Of a DNA stretch of 32,000 nt, positions 1 to 9,628 are shown piece after piece. Origin of the DNA: an archaeon (GTDB lineage: Archaea; Asgardarchaeota; Thorarchaeia; Thorarchaeales; Thorarchaeaceae). The DNA lies in contig JAJRZD010000019.1 of the NCBI GenBank assembly GCA_024275415.1, positions 30,001 to 62,000 of the forward strand, given 5' to 3'. The notes below the pieces were generated by a model, which worked only from the letters and a program-made list of their open reading frames with translations, searched no databases and was not told where the DNA came from. Position 1 is the first letter of the stretch. The number at the start of each line of letters is the position of its first letter. The translations under genes and the position numbers were made by a program.

Positions 1-1209
1 TTCAGGAGTGTCCTTTTGAAACGCAGGACTATCATTGATCCATGTCTTGTTTGAGCCAGTCAAATCTGCAGAGCCCCCTATAAGCTCGGGAAGGCTCTTG
101 GCAAGTATGTTCAGGACTTTCCCAGAGGCAGCTCGCGTAGGCATCATTTTCCCAGTGCTATCGAATACCGGCAGATCTGAATCCCACCCCTCTGGAAGGT
201 TCCCCTGCAAACGCCTCTCAAGTTCTGTTCCAAGATTCTTGAACTGTTTCTTGTATGAGCGGAAGCGACTCTCCCACTCATTCTGCATCTTCTTGCCACG
301 AGGAATTGCTTCCCTGAAATGTTCTAGAACATCCTTTGGGATGTAGTATCTCGGCTCTACGGGCCATCCAAGTGCTTCCTTTGCCCCATTCAGTTCTTCC
401 TTCCCTGCCGGCTCCCCATGTGACTTCTCAGTGCCTTGTTTGGTCGGAAGTCCGAATCCAATTACGGTCTTGCACATGATCAGAGTTGGTTTAGAACCCT
501 GTTTGGCGCCATTTATGGCATTATCAATCGTTTCCACATCATTTCCATCTTCGACCCTGACGACATTCCATCCTAGGGCATTATACTTGGCTGCAACATC
601 TTCTGTGAACGTACGGTCCGTGCTACCATCAATGGAAATCCTATTGTCATCATATAGCACTATGAGCTTTCTCAGCCCCAAATGTCCCGCTAGGGATGAC
701 GCCTCAGAGGCGATTCCCTCCATCAAGTCCCCGTCTGTCGCAATCACATATGTATAATGATCAACTACCTCATAATCTGGTCTGTTGTACACTGCTGAGA
801 GGTTCGCCTCCGCAATCGCCAAACCGACCGCGTTACTGATACCCTGTCCAAGCGGTCCTGTGGTCACCTCGACTCCGGGAGTGCAGCCATATTCAGGGTG
901 GCCGGGTGTCTTGCTTTCCCATTGTCTGAATCTCTTTATCTCCTCTAAGGGAAGGTCGTACCCTGTTAGATGGAGCAACGAATAGAGCAGCATCGACCCA
1001 TGTCCTCCCGATAGCACGAACCGATCCCTGTCTGGCCACATCGGGTCTTTTGGATTGAATCTCAAGTGTCGTGTCCAAAGGGCATATGCCATGGCAGCTG
1101 CCCCCATAGGCATTCCAGGATGTCCTGATTTTGCATCTTCAATTGCATCGGCTGAAAGGAAACGAATAGTGTTGATTGCTCTTTCTTGGAGTGAGGCTCT
1201 TGGTGTCAT
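1..1209 (-). CDS. tkt: Transketolase, single-chain type; the 3' end runs off the window start
   Basis: Not in the ORF track because it has no stop in the window. Hand translation from the ATG at 1209 is open to base 1: [43 protein letters not shown]-binding GDLMEG...DDN, and ELIGGSADL of the middle domain. Confidence 0.95.
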   Translation of the reverse strand, partial: MTPRASLQERAINTIRFLSADAIEDAKSGHPGMPMGAAAMAYALWTRHLRFNPKDPMWPDRDRFVLSGGHGSMLLYSLLHLTGYDLPLEEIKRFRQWESKTPGHPEYGCTPGVEVTTGPLGQGISNAVGLAIAEANLSAVYNRPDYEVVDHYTYVIATDGDLMEGIASEASSLAGHLGLRKLIVLYDDNRISIDGSTDRTFTEDVAAKYNALGWNVVRVEDGNDVETIDNAINGAKQGSKPTLIMCKTVIGFGLPTKQGTEKSHGEPAGKEELNGAKEALGWPVEPRYYIPKDVLEHFREAIPRGKKMQNEWESRFRSYKKQFKNLGTELERRLQGNLPEGWDSDLPVFDSTGKMMPTRAASGKVLNILAKSLPELIGGSADLTGSNKTWINDSPAFQKDTPE

Positions 1210-1429
1210 TGCTGGCTATTCTCTCCACAAGGATTGATCAAATCCATCGGTTTGAACGATGCTCTCAGGACTCAACCCTCTTTTGGTTGTTACGCTTTGT
1301 AGGATTTCCAAGCACACGATCTGGTTCGAATCCCTAAGAGCAATCCTCGCTAACGGCTCAAGTGTGAATTTGCAACATCTTCTCATTGCTTCCTTCAAAT
1401 GCCATGTGCATTCCATCTTGCCTCATACA

Positions 1430-2029
1430 TCACAGCTCTAGTGTTTCTCCAATAGTATGTCCCGGAGGGAACCTGTTCATGAACTCTCCTTTGAGAATGT
1501 CCATGGTTACCATGTACTGAAACTTTCCCATCGAGAAAAGCATCTCTCGGAACACACCTACCTTTTTGAACCCAACCTTTTCGTAGGTTCTTATCGCACT
1601 CTTATTGTGTTCCAGAGCATAAAGGTAGATGTTATTCAGCCCGAGCACATGGCATCCCCCAGAGCGTAACTAGCATCGCTTCAGTCGCGTATCCTTTCTC
1701 CCTTTCATTGAAATTCCAGATCGAGATTCCAAGTTCAGCGTGTCTATGTACCTTTGAAATATCAAACAGGCTAGATGTTTCGAGGAACACCTTGGTGTCT
1801 TTGTGTTCGATTGCGAAGAGGATCTCTGCCCATTATCCCATGGTTTGGCAATACAAGCATTCTCCAACCACTGCTGTTCAGCCAGACGCGAGTTTGGGAG
1901 CGGATTTCCAAGATACTGTCTTGTATCAATATTGTTGATATACTGCATGAGGACATCAATGTCATTCACCTCAAGTGCCCGTAGATGAACATGATTACCA
2001 TAATACATGATATTCTGGGAAACACTCAT
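1430..2029 (-). pseudogene. RimJ/RimL-family GNAT acetyltransferase broken by two compensating frameshifts (pseudogene or assembly error)
   Basis: The N-terminus (HLRALEVNDI...) is in one frame. The core EILFAIEHKD...RHAELGISIW...EKGYATEAM is in the -1 frame from about 1827. The original frame resumes at a G5 run near 1656-1660 (HVLGLNNIYLYALEHNKSAIRTYEKVGF). Confidence 0.8.
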
Positions 2030-2136
2030 TCCCCGTTAAAAGAGTCACTACCGCATTTACCGAACTAGAGATAGCTAGAAGACGTTATACTTTTATGGTC
2101 TTGTGTTATTACTAGGTCAATTTCCTCGTTCAGGAG

Positions 2137-2505
2137 ATGGAGATAGGAGAAATGCAACTAGAACTACTACTTGGTGGATTTATTACAATCATCATCCTTG
2201 TGGTTGTGGTATTCCTTGTGATATACGGATTGTTCCTTGGGGTTGCCCTTGGTTTTGTCAATGGTGAGAACCGGGAGATTGGCTCCACATTTGTTACGGC
2301 CCTTGGAATCGCATTGCTAGGATGGATTCCCATCTTGGGTTGTATCATCTCTTGGTACCTCATCAAGACACGACATGAAGTCGGCTGGGGTGGTGCCATT
2401 GTCGCATGGCTGTTGACTGCAATCATCGCATTCATCGTAATCATGGCACTCATGTTCGTCTTCGGCTTGACACTGTTTGCACTCCCAGTGTATCCGTATC
2501 CGTAA
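2137..2505 (+). CDS. Small multi-pass membrane protein of unknown function
   Basis: 122-aa ORF with about 3-4 hydrophobic segments; purine-rich GGAG upstream; first of three co-oriented genes. Confidence 0.75.
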   Translation: MEIGEMQLELLLGGFITIIILVVVVFLVIYGLFLGVALGFVNGENREIGSTFVTALGIALLGWIPILGCIISWYLIKTRHEVGWGGAIVAWLLTAIIAFIVIMALMFVFGLTLFALPVYPYP

Positions 2506-2523
2506 TAGCTTGAAGGATGACTT

Positions 2524-3198
2524 GTGGTGGTAACGGAAGCAACCGACGATGGGACTTTGCAACAACCTTGTGAACAGGTCATTTTTGACCCACAACGAGG
2601 AAAGCTCGTTGTAGATTTCAGGGCTGTTGCACGCAGACCCATCAAGTTCCTACGGCTCATTGGGCCATTCCTTACCGCCCATCATCCTCTTTGTTCACAT
2701 TTTGGTGGACACACGATATCTGTCAGACACCGAACCTATTGTGTTGGCTGTCTGTTCAACACGCTATCATTCTTTTCTGCTTTCGGTTTCTTCCTGCTCT
2801 TATGGATGGTCAACCCCCTGCTTGCTCAACGCTCGTATCTCTTCTATGGTGGGATTGGCGCAGTCATTATCTCACTCCTGATCAGCGCAACTGGATTGAC
2901 TTCCAACATGAAGATCAAGATACTTGCCAAATTCCTTCTTGGTGCGGGTTTTGCGGCAATAACTGTTTCAATCCTAGTGGCAGGCGATGATATACTACTG
3001 AATATTGATGGGAAGATCCTGTTCATTCTGCTGATGTACCTCCCGGTCATGACGATTATGAATGCCAAACGGATGTGGGAGATCGAGAACGCGTGTAAGG
3101 ACTGCGAACACAAGATGCGTTGGAGCAGATGTCCTGGTTTCAAAGATATCATCTGTAAGACAATCGTTGAAGGCTTTGTGAAGCGAAACGATACCTAG
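2524..3198 (+). CDS. Membrane protein with Cys/His clusters (possibly metal-binding)
   Basis: 224 aa; HHPLCSH and YCVGC before about 4 TM helices; CKDC...C after them. Confidence 0.75.
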   Translation: MVVTEATDDGTLQQPCEQVIFDPQRGKLVVDFRAVARRPIKFLRLIGPFLTAHHPLCSHFGGHTISVRHRTYCVGCLFNTLSFFSAFGFFLLLWMVNPLLAQRSYLFYGGIGAVIISLLISATGLTSNMKIKILAKFLLGAGFAAITVSILVAGDDILLNIDGKILFILLMYLPVMTIMNAKRMWEIENACKDCEHKMRWSRCPGFKDIICKTIVEGFVKRNDT

Positions 3199-3242
3199 GA
3201 GCCAATTCTTGCTTTATCCAACACATTAATTTTTCACGGTTC

Positions 3243-3866
3243 ATGCCAAAAGGGTTGAGAGGGTTTCAATTGAGTAAGAAGAAAATTGTATTCAAGGTGC
3301 CAGTCGTGCGGGTACAATTTGACGGTATGCGGTTCCCGAAAAAATGTCCAGTTTGTGGTAAAGAAGCAACGATGAACAGTCGTATCTCTTTTGCGACTAA
3401 AGGAATCCAGCGTGCCAGCCCAATTTTGACTTCCTATCCTACTTCTGGTGTCAGCCATACCTCACCTAGTAGCATCTTCGTGCCAAGAAGTCTTTTGCTC
3501 TACGTCTGTGATGAGCATTATAGATCGGAATCTGGTGATACGAACTACAAAGTCATCTGTTTCGTGATTAACGTGGTGCTGGCAGCAGCATCCGTTTTTG
3601 TAGGATTACAGGTTGCAAATCATCTTTGGGTAGGTACCCCTGTGGATATATCTACTCTATCTGTCCTGTTGGCATTTCCTGTGTCGCTTTTGATCACAGC
3701 TATGGTGCTCAGAAGTGGACCTCTTGGATCTGCAGTGAAAGTCGTTGGGTTCGATTCGGGAATCTCAAACATATGGTTACAGTTCACCCGAGATGATTAT
3801 CGAGAGGCTTTCATGAGAGAGAATAGCGAGCATGCTGAACTGGTCAAGTGGATTATGAAATCTTAG
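3243..3866 (+). CDS. Hypothetical membrane protein with a CxxC zinc-ribbon-like motif
   Basis: 207 aa; CPVC and CDEH motifs, two predicted TM helices. Confidence 0.75.
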   Translation: MPKGLRGFQLSKKKIVFKVPVVRVQFDGMRFPKKCPVCGKEATMNSRISFATKGIQRASPILTSYPTSGVSHTSPSSIFVPRSLLLYVCDEHYRSESGDTNYKVICFVINVVLAAASVFVGLQVANHLWVGTPVDISTLSVLLAFPVSLLITAMVLRSGPLGSAVKVVGFDSGISNIWLQFTRDDYREAFMRENSEHAELVKWIMKS

Positions 3867-3911
3867 ATTTCCTCTCTCTTCCGAGAACTATTCTTCTGGT
3901 ATAAATAAAAT

Positions 3912-3948
3912 GAGGGGGCTGCCTACTCGATAAGTGACAAGCCCCCTC
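3912..3948. terminator. GC-rich inverted repeat between convergent genes, possible terminator
   Basis: GAGGGGGCT...AGCCCCCTC, a 9-bp perfect stem between the stops at 3866 (+) and 3964 (-). Confidence 0.45.
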
Positions 3949-3963
3949 TGCCATGGTGTTCAA

Positions 3964-4344
3964 TCAGACCTTTAGTTCCAACTCGCTTTTCCAGAGACCG
4001 TGGATGTTGCAATATGAGGTTGCCATGAAAGTACCCGACTTCTCTGTCTTGAAGGCAAAGATCGCATAGGGCTCGGAGTACATCTTACTAGTATCGGCGC
4101 CCCCAGCCGACTCCCCATGATGGTCGAATGTGCAGTATCCGACTTCTACTGGGAACTTCTCGCCTTCTGGCCAGAAGAACAAGTCTGCCCATTTGATATG
4201 ATGTGCAGTAGTGTTCGGATGTGGAATTTCTTTTCCTACTGTTATATGGATGTGGTACAACCCGTTGCCTTTGTCCTCAATCTCTATTACCGGAACGTGT
4301 TTCTCATTTTTCCAGTCTGCTGTCTGTATCCAACTCTTGGACAT
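3964..4344 (-). CDS. sor: Superoxide reductase (neelaredoxin / class II SORL type)
   Basis: EKHVP, HPNTTAHHIKW and YCNIHGLW iron-ligand motifs; no N-terminal desulforedoxin domain. Confidence 0.92.
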   Translation of the reverse strand: MSKSWIQTADWKNEKHVPVIEIEDKGNGLYHIHITVGKEIPHPNTTAHHIKWADLFFWPEGEKFPVEVGYCTFDHHGESAGGADTSKMYSEPYAIFAFKTEKSGTFMATSYCNIHGLWKSELELKV

Positions 4345-4470
4345 TATCCTGAACCTTCCTTTTTGCGAGGCAGATTCAACTGCCTATGCCTTAACCAATC
4401 AGAACCCATCGTTAAAACATCTTCGTCATGACGAAACGACATTATTATATGGAAATGAACGTGGGCAATC

Positions 4471-5079
4471 GTGGTTCTTTTCAAAGGGGTGATTCGTGTG
4501 TCGGAAACAAACGGTTTCGTAAAGCTCAACTCGACTACCAGTGAACCCGATAGAGCACCAAACTCGGTGTATATCGCGTTGTTAGCCATCTTCACGGCCC
4601 TTACTACAGTTGCTACCATTGTGTTCATTATCCCAATCCCATCCACTTTCGGATATTTCAATCTGGGGGACGCATTGGTAATGATATCTGGTATCCTTCT
4701 TGGCCCAATTGGGGGCTTCATCGCAGGCGGTGCAGGATCGGCAATGGGTGATCTTGCATTGGGCTATGTCGGTTACGCTCCGTTCACTTTCTTCATCAAA
4801 GGAGGAGAAGGATTGGTTGTTGGAGCCATCAGCCGCTACTCGGGAAATAAAACCACATTGCGATTTTGGGATGTCATCGCAGTCCTATTAGGTTCCATTA
4901 TTATGCTCTCTGGCTATTATATCGCCGAAGTTGTCTTTCTGGGGTTGGCACCACATGCAGCTCTCCTCGAACTAGTCGCCTTTAATTCGATTCAGGTTAT
5001 CGCAGGAAGCGCAATCTCGCTTATCGTTGGCCCTATGCTTCGAGGGTTCCTGAAAGGCTATGTCTGGAAATCCGAATAG
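4471..5079 (+). CDS. ECF transporter S component (substrate unknown)
   Basis: About 6 TM helices with GYFNLGD...LLGP..GFIAGG.GSAMGDL...Y..YAPFTFFIKG; exact start uncertain. Confidence 0.85.
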   Translation: MVLFKGVIRVSETNGFVKLNSTTSEPDRAPNSVYIALLAIFTALTTVATIVFIIPIPSTFGYFNLGDALVMISGILLGPIGGFIAGGAGSAMGDLALGYVGYAPFTFFIKGGEGLVVGAISRYSGNKTTLRFWDVIAVLLGSIIMLSGYYIAEVVFLGLAPHAALLELVAFNSIQVIAGSAISLIVGPMLRGFLKGYVWKSE

Positions 5080-5185
5080 TTCCTTATCACTGAACAAACA
5101 AGTCCGCTTTTTCTACAGATTCTCAGAATCCCTTTTTAGGAGGCTCATATGACATGATTATGTGTTTCGTTGAAACATACAAAAG

Positions 5186-6484
5186 ATGTTGGAAGCTGAC
5201 AGCATGACGTTGCGAGAGAAACTCAAGATTGACGCAAGTCGAATAGATGACATTAATGAATTCTTGATGAAAGATGATAACCCTCTAGTCACCGAACTAC
5301 TAGATTTAATCGAGCAGCATGGCGGTGTTGAGGAGATTAACCGCAAGGCAAACGAGGCACGTAAGATTGAGAATCTGCTCGCACAGTTGGAAACAAAGAA
5401 GTCTCCATATGTCAAGGATATTCAGTGGCTGCAGGAACAAAGGGATAATGATGCATTCATTAGCGTTCCGGCATACCGTGAAAAGATTCTTGGTGATGCT
5501 GCATCCACGCAATCGTTTGATGCCTCGTTCGCAGTGACTCTTGAGATAAGTGCGTGTCAATATTTCCCGTGGCTGATTGAAGAAGCAAGGCAATCGATCG
5601 AGAAGCAGGAGTTGATGCCTAGCCGTTTCATCAGAGTCCGCAATATGAAAGAACAGACAGAAGACAACGATGTCATTGCATTTGCGGCCGCTATGCAGGT
5701 CATCGGCTCCTCATATGTTGAAACGTTGGACACAAAGGGAACCTATCCAAACGAGGAGGGACTGCCCACAAACATCCACCTTGGAGGGCCTGACACAATA
5801 ACTGGCTACTTCGGTGGAGTAGGAATGCCTAATGATTTTCCCATCAAATGGGCTGACGAGTACCTGCAGTACTATACAACCTATGGTGTAAAGCAGGTAC
5901 TGAATATCAATCCTGGAAGCGTCTTGCTGGGCTACATGATGCACAAGCTTGGCATTGACATGGAATTCAAAATCTCGGTCTTCATGGGGAATGACAACCC
6001 TTATTCCTGTCTGTGGACACTCCTCACCGCGAAACTGTTCAGCAGGGACGATGGAAGCTCTCCTTTGATTGGATTCAATCTCTCTAATAGCGTTGATAAC
6101 AGGACAATCGAACTAGCCGCATATATCCGTAAGGATTTCGGTTTTGAGGATGTGGTTCGCATTGAGCATCATATCACGGAAACCTACAAGAGCATCGTTC
6201 GACAGCCCTACGATCGAACTATGGAACTTGTGGAACTAGCAGATCATGTCAAAAATATCAGTGCCAAACACGAAGGCGGGATACCAGAGATCGATATGAA
6301 GCGCGAGCATCCCAGTGACATCCTAGATTACTTCCGTGCAAAAAGCGAGATTGAACAGAGTGGCGACATGCCTTTCCTTCTCCAGAACTATCTAGATAAA
6401 CACCATGCACTTAACCGAACCGCGGAGGAGCTGACAAAGAAAGGCTTCACCTTTATAGCAGCACCAAAATTACACAGAGAATAG
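5186..6484 (+). CDS. Conserved-looking soluble hypothetical protein (432 aa)
   Basis: Long ORF with typical globular composition; no motif I can name with confidence. Confidence 0.85.
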   Translation: MLEADSMTLREKLKIDASRIDDINEFLMKDDNPLVTELLDLIEQHGGVEEINRKANEARKIENLLAQLETKKSPYVKDIQWLQEQRDNDAFISVPAYREKILGDAASTQSFDASFAVTLEISACQYFPWLIEEARQSIEKQELMPSRFIRVRNMKEQTEDNDVIAFAAAMQVIGSSYVETLDTKGTYPNEEGLPTNIHLGGPDTITGYFGGVGMPNDFPIKWADEYLQYYTTYGVKQVLNINPGSVLLGYMMHKLGIDMEFKISVFMGNDNPYSCLWTLLTAKLFSRDDGSSPLIGFNLSNSVDNRTIELAAYIRKDFGFEDVVRIEHHITETYKSIVRQPYDRTMELVELADHVKNISAKHEGGIPEIDMKREHPSDILDYFRAKSEIEQSGDMPFLLQNYLDKHHALNRTAEELTKKGFTFIAAPKLHRE

Positions 6485-6497
6485 CAATGAGCTTGGG

Positions 6498-6524
6498 GAG
6501 AGAGGGCGGGCGCCCATCTCTCTC
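6498..6524. terminator. Hairpin between convergent genes, possible terminator
   Basis: GAGAGA-GGGC...GCCC-AT-CTCTCTC inverted repeat between the stops at 6484 (+) and 6537 (-). Confidence 0.4.
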
Positions 6525-6536
6525 ACAAAATAGATT

Positions 6537-7004
6537 CTAATTATCCGGTTGGAAAATATCGTCGTAAAGCTGTTGTAGTATGTCCCTGTGTCTTTGCTCC
6601 TCTTTGGCCAGTGTTTCGAACACTGTTCTGTGATTTGCTACACCTGTAAGCTCAGAGAGCGCTTTATAGAACGAGTGTGCTCCTTCCTCCCTTTTCATTG
6701 CAATGACAAGAATCTCTTGAGGAGTCGAGTCTGGTTTCAAAGGAATATCGATTAGGTATTTGCTAAGTCCTAGATCCTCTATCTCTGCAACTGTCGCACA
6801 TGTGAAGGTGGTGCAAACATCCTCTTTGAGAGCTTCCATCAGCTTCTCCTTGTGACCAATCTCTTGTTTTGCTAATTCCTGAAGCAGTTTTTCTGACGAT
6901 TGAAGTGTCGCTTCTTCTGCTGCTTTGGTGTAGAACTCGTAGGCTTCTTCTTCCCTCCGGATAGCCAAAGAAATCAGCTGTTTGAACGATTGCTGGACTG
7001 ACAT
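6537..7004 (-). CDS. Ferritin-like / rubrerythrin-family di-iron protein
   Basis: Two repeats of (A)xxxE...Y...L..EExxH (AIRREEEAYEFY...QEIGH; AMKREEGAHSFY...EEQRH). Confidence 0.85.
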   Translation of the reverse strand: MSVQQSFKQLISLAIRREEEAYEFYTKAAEEATLQSSEKLLQELAKQEIGHKEKLMEALKEDVCTTFTCATVAEIEDLGLSKYLIDIPLKPDSTPQEILVIAMKREEGAHSFYKALSELTGVANHRTVFETLAKEEQRHRDILQQLYDDIFQPDN

Positions 7005-7091
7005 GACAATAACCGTTCATCTGCTGGTTTTCTCTTGATTTAAGCATGATGATTTGTCTTCGAGTCTGTACCTGAACATTTTTGAAATCTG

Positions 7092-7571
7092 TTGGCTCGC
7101 AAAGCCCGATGCAATATGGAAAAATCATCCCACAACTGCTTCAATTGTGCTGAAAGTGTCCTAATTGGCTGTAATCGCGAACTAGACTTCCATGACTTCA
7201 GTCCGACTGTGATGCGTGTTGCGTCGATGTTCGGAGGTGGAATTGTTGGAACTGGTGAAACCTGTGGCGCAGTGACCGGGGCATTGATGTATCTGGGACT
7301 AGTATTGGGCACTGATGGTTCTGAACCCCACTCCATGTTCAAGGCGCGCAGAACAGAAACAAACCAGATAGGACTACGATATATCAAAGAGTTTATTGAA
7401 GCATGGGGCTCTCAACGATGCTCTGTCCTTCAGGCGATGGATAAGGGGCTCATTTCTCCTACGGGCTCACAAAGACTTGATGATAGCATTCAAGGCTCAA
7501 AATGCAATACCTATGTACGATGGGCGGTAGAGCAAGTCACTCGCATGCTGATTCCTTATCTCTCCACCTAG
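7092..7571 (+). CDS. C_GCAxxG_C_C family putative redox protein
   Basis: NCAES, FGGG..GTGETCGAVTGA and two later Cys residues. Confidence 0.8.
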   Translation: MARKARCNMEKSSHNCFNCAESVLIGCNRELDFHDFSPTVMRVASMFGGGIVGTGETCGAVTGALMYLGLVLGTDGSEPHSMFKARRTETNQIGLRYIKEFIEAWGSQRCSVLQAMDKGLISPTGSQRLDDSIQGSKCNTYVRWAVEQVTRMLIPYLST

Positions 7572-8863
7572 ACTTTCCTTGGCACTATCTCCTTCATTCC
7601 GTCCGGAAGATATCTGTGAAGTGCTTTGGGTATCTTAACACTCCCATCTTCTTGTTGAAAGTTCTCAAGAATGGCAACGATTGCTCTTGGGTTCGCCATC
7701 AACGTACTATTCAACGTGTGGAGATAGTCCTTTTCCGACCCTCCCTTTTTCAATCGGTATCTTATCTTCAATCTTGTGGCCTGATATGCAGTGCAGTTAC
7801 TACACGACCCTCGTTCTCTATAAGTTTCTGCGCTGGGTACCCAGGTTTCTAGATCGTACTTCTTTGCAGCTACTATTCCAATATCTCCAGTGCACACATT
7901 CACAACTCGATATGGAATATTGAGTGCCTGGAAGTACTCTTCAATATTAGAATTGAGTTCCTCATGGATTTTCCATGATTCGTCGGGATGCGAAAAGACA
8001 AACTGTTCCACCTTGTTGAACTGATGAACTCTGAAGATTCCCTTTGTGTCCTTTCCATGTGTCCCCGCCTCTTTCCTGAAGCATGCACTTATCCCTGCGA
8101 ACTTCATTGGCAACTCCGTGGGCTCAAAGACCTCATTGGCAAACATTGCAGCAATAGGATGCTCGGATGTGGCTATTAAGTACAGGTCTTCATCCTCTAT
8201 TTTGTACATGACATTCTCAAAGTCGGCCAGATCAGTGACCCCTTCGTAGGATTCTCTCCTCATCATGAACGGCGGATATATCGGGGTGAATCCTTTCTCT
8301 ATCAGCATGTCCAGTGCCATCCTCTGCATGGCAAGATCCAGCATCACTAACTCGTTCTTCAGGAAATAGAAACGTGCCCCTGCAATCTTCGCAGCACGAG
8401 GAATATCAGCTAGATCGAGATGCTCTAGCAGGTCAACGTGACTTCGTAATTCGAAAGATGGTTTCGGTTTTCCACCCCATTCCTTTACAACCTCATTATC
8501 GTGCTCGTCTACCCCATAAGGGACTGACTCGTGAAGTATGTTCGGGATGCTCATCTGAATTGCTTTCAACTGACTTTCCAGTGTCTTTGTCTTCTCTTCG
8601 GTCTTGGCGATTTCTTCGTTTATCCCATTGACCTTCTGGATGATCTTTGATGCGTCCTTTCCTTCCTTTTTGAGCCTGCCGACCTCTCTCGAGTACTTAT
8701 TTCGATCCGTCCTTAGAGCCTGTATCTGTTTTTTGAGTTCTCTTATCTTACTATCAAGTACGAGCAGCTGTTCAAACTCTTGGAGCTTTTCATCATCACG
8801 TCGTTTTTTCAGATTTTGCCGAATCAGATCTGTATTCTCCCGAATAAACCGGATATCGAGCAT
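7568..8863 (-). CDS. serS: Seryl-tRNA synthetase (canonical type)
   Basis: MLDIRFIREN start, N-terminal coiled coil, LIATSEHP, motif 2 FRKEAG...GIFRVHQF.KVEQF, SCSNC, motif 3 HTLNST...R. Confidence 0.98.
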   Translation of the reverse strand: MLDIRFIRENTDLIRQNLKKRRDDEKLQEFEQLLVLDSKIRELKKQIQALRTDRNKYSREVGRLKKEGKDASKIIQKVNGINEEIAKTEEKTKTLESQLKAIQMSIPNILHESVPYGVDEHDNEVVKEWGGKPKPSFELRSHVDLLEHLDLADIPRAAKIAGARFYFLKNELVMLDLAMQRMALDMLIEKGFTPIYPPFMMRRESYEGVTDLADFENVMYKIEDEDLYLIATSEHPIAAMFANEVFEPTELPMKFAGISACFRKEAGTHGKDTKGIFRVHQFNKVEQFVFSHPDESWKIHEELNSNIEEYFQALNIPYRVVNVCTGDIGIVAAKKYDLETWVPSAETYRERGSCSNCTAYQATRLKIRYRLKKGGSEKDYLHTLNSTLMANPRAIVAILENFQQEDGSVKIPKALHRYLPDGMKEIVPRKV

Positions 8864-8944
8864 CTTGTCACCTCGTGCAGGACTGGTAATGAGATGCTTG
8901 CCTTTTCAAGTTTCATGTTCTTATTCGTGGGACTCATTAGGAAG

Positions 8945-9586
8945 TCAGGTTTCAGATGATGGGCATAGCTGGCTGACAGGGCATTCATGGCATTTTGGTT
9001 TTCTAGAGCCACAGATTCTCCGTCCATGTGCACCAATCAATCTGGCGTATTCGCCCCATTCACTCTGAGGAAGTAATCCCATCAGGTCGCGCTCTATTTT
9101 TTCTGGCTTTTCCTGCTCGGTCAGTCCCAACCTCTGGCTCACTCGACGGATATGTGTGTCCACGACGACCCCCTCGTTGATACCAAAGGCGACTTGCAAT
9201 ACCACATTTGCGGTCTTTCTGCTGGCTCCCTTTAGCTTGACGATTTCCTCGATCGATTGTGGCACATTCCCATCAAACGCCTCTACCAGCATCATGGCTG
9301 TGTCTTTGATGAAGACTGCTTTGTTGTTGTAGGCACCTACACCATAGATGATCCTGCGTATGTCCTCAATGTCCGCCTCAGCGAGCTTCTCAGCGGTAGG
9401 ATATTTCCTGAAAAGTTCAGGAGTGACCTTGTTCACATACGCATCAGTAGTGCGGGCGGAGAGGATTGTAGCTATCAGCATCTCGAATGGATTCTTGTGG
9501 TCGAGGTATGTGATGGGCGCGTCAGAATGCTTCTCCCTCAGCACCTCCAGTATTCTAGCCATTCTCTCTCTTTTTTCATTTGTCAT
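8945..9586 (-). CDS. nth: Endonuclease III
   Basis: NPFEMLIATILSA, helix-hairpin-helix with RKTANVV, VDTH, and the C-terminal [4Fe-4S] motif C-x6-C-x2-C-x5-C. Confidence 0.95.
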   Translation of the reverse strand: MTNEKRERMARILEVLREKHSDAPITYLDHKNPFEMLIATILSARTTDAYVNKVTPELFRKYPTAEKLAEADIEDIRRIIYGVGAYNNKAVFIKDTAMMLVEAFDGNVPQSIEEIVKLKGASRKTANVVLQVAFGINEGVVVDTHIRRVSQRLGLTEQEKPEKIERDLMGLLPQSEWGEYARLIGAHGRRICGSRKPKCHECPVSQLCPSSET

Positions 9587-9628
9587 TGATTAGGATTCCC
9601 TCTCTTAATGCTAGCACGAACGTCCATT

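Noticed and set aside
1216-1416. 66-aa ORF between the GNAT pseudogene and tkt
   Set aside because: No motif or ribosome-binding site; cannot be distinguished from a chance ORF.
2130-2660. 176-aa Thr/Ser/Met-rich minus-strand ORF
   Set aside because: Antisense shadow of hydrophobic membrane-protein codons on the plus strand.
3912-3948. Hairpin as an archaeal SECIS element
   Set aside because: Lacks the GAA/A internal-loop pattern, and neither neighbouring gene has an in-frame TGA.
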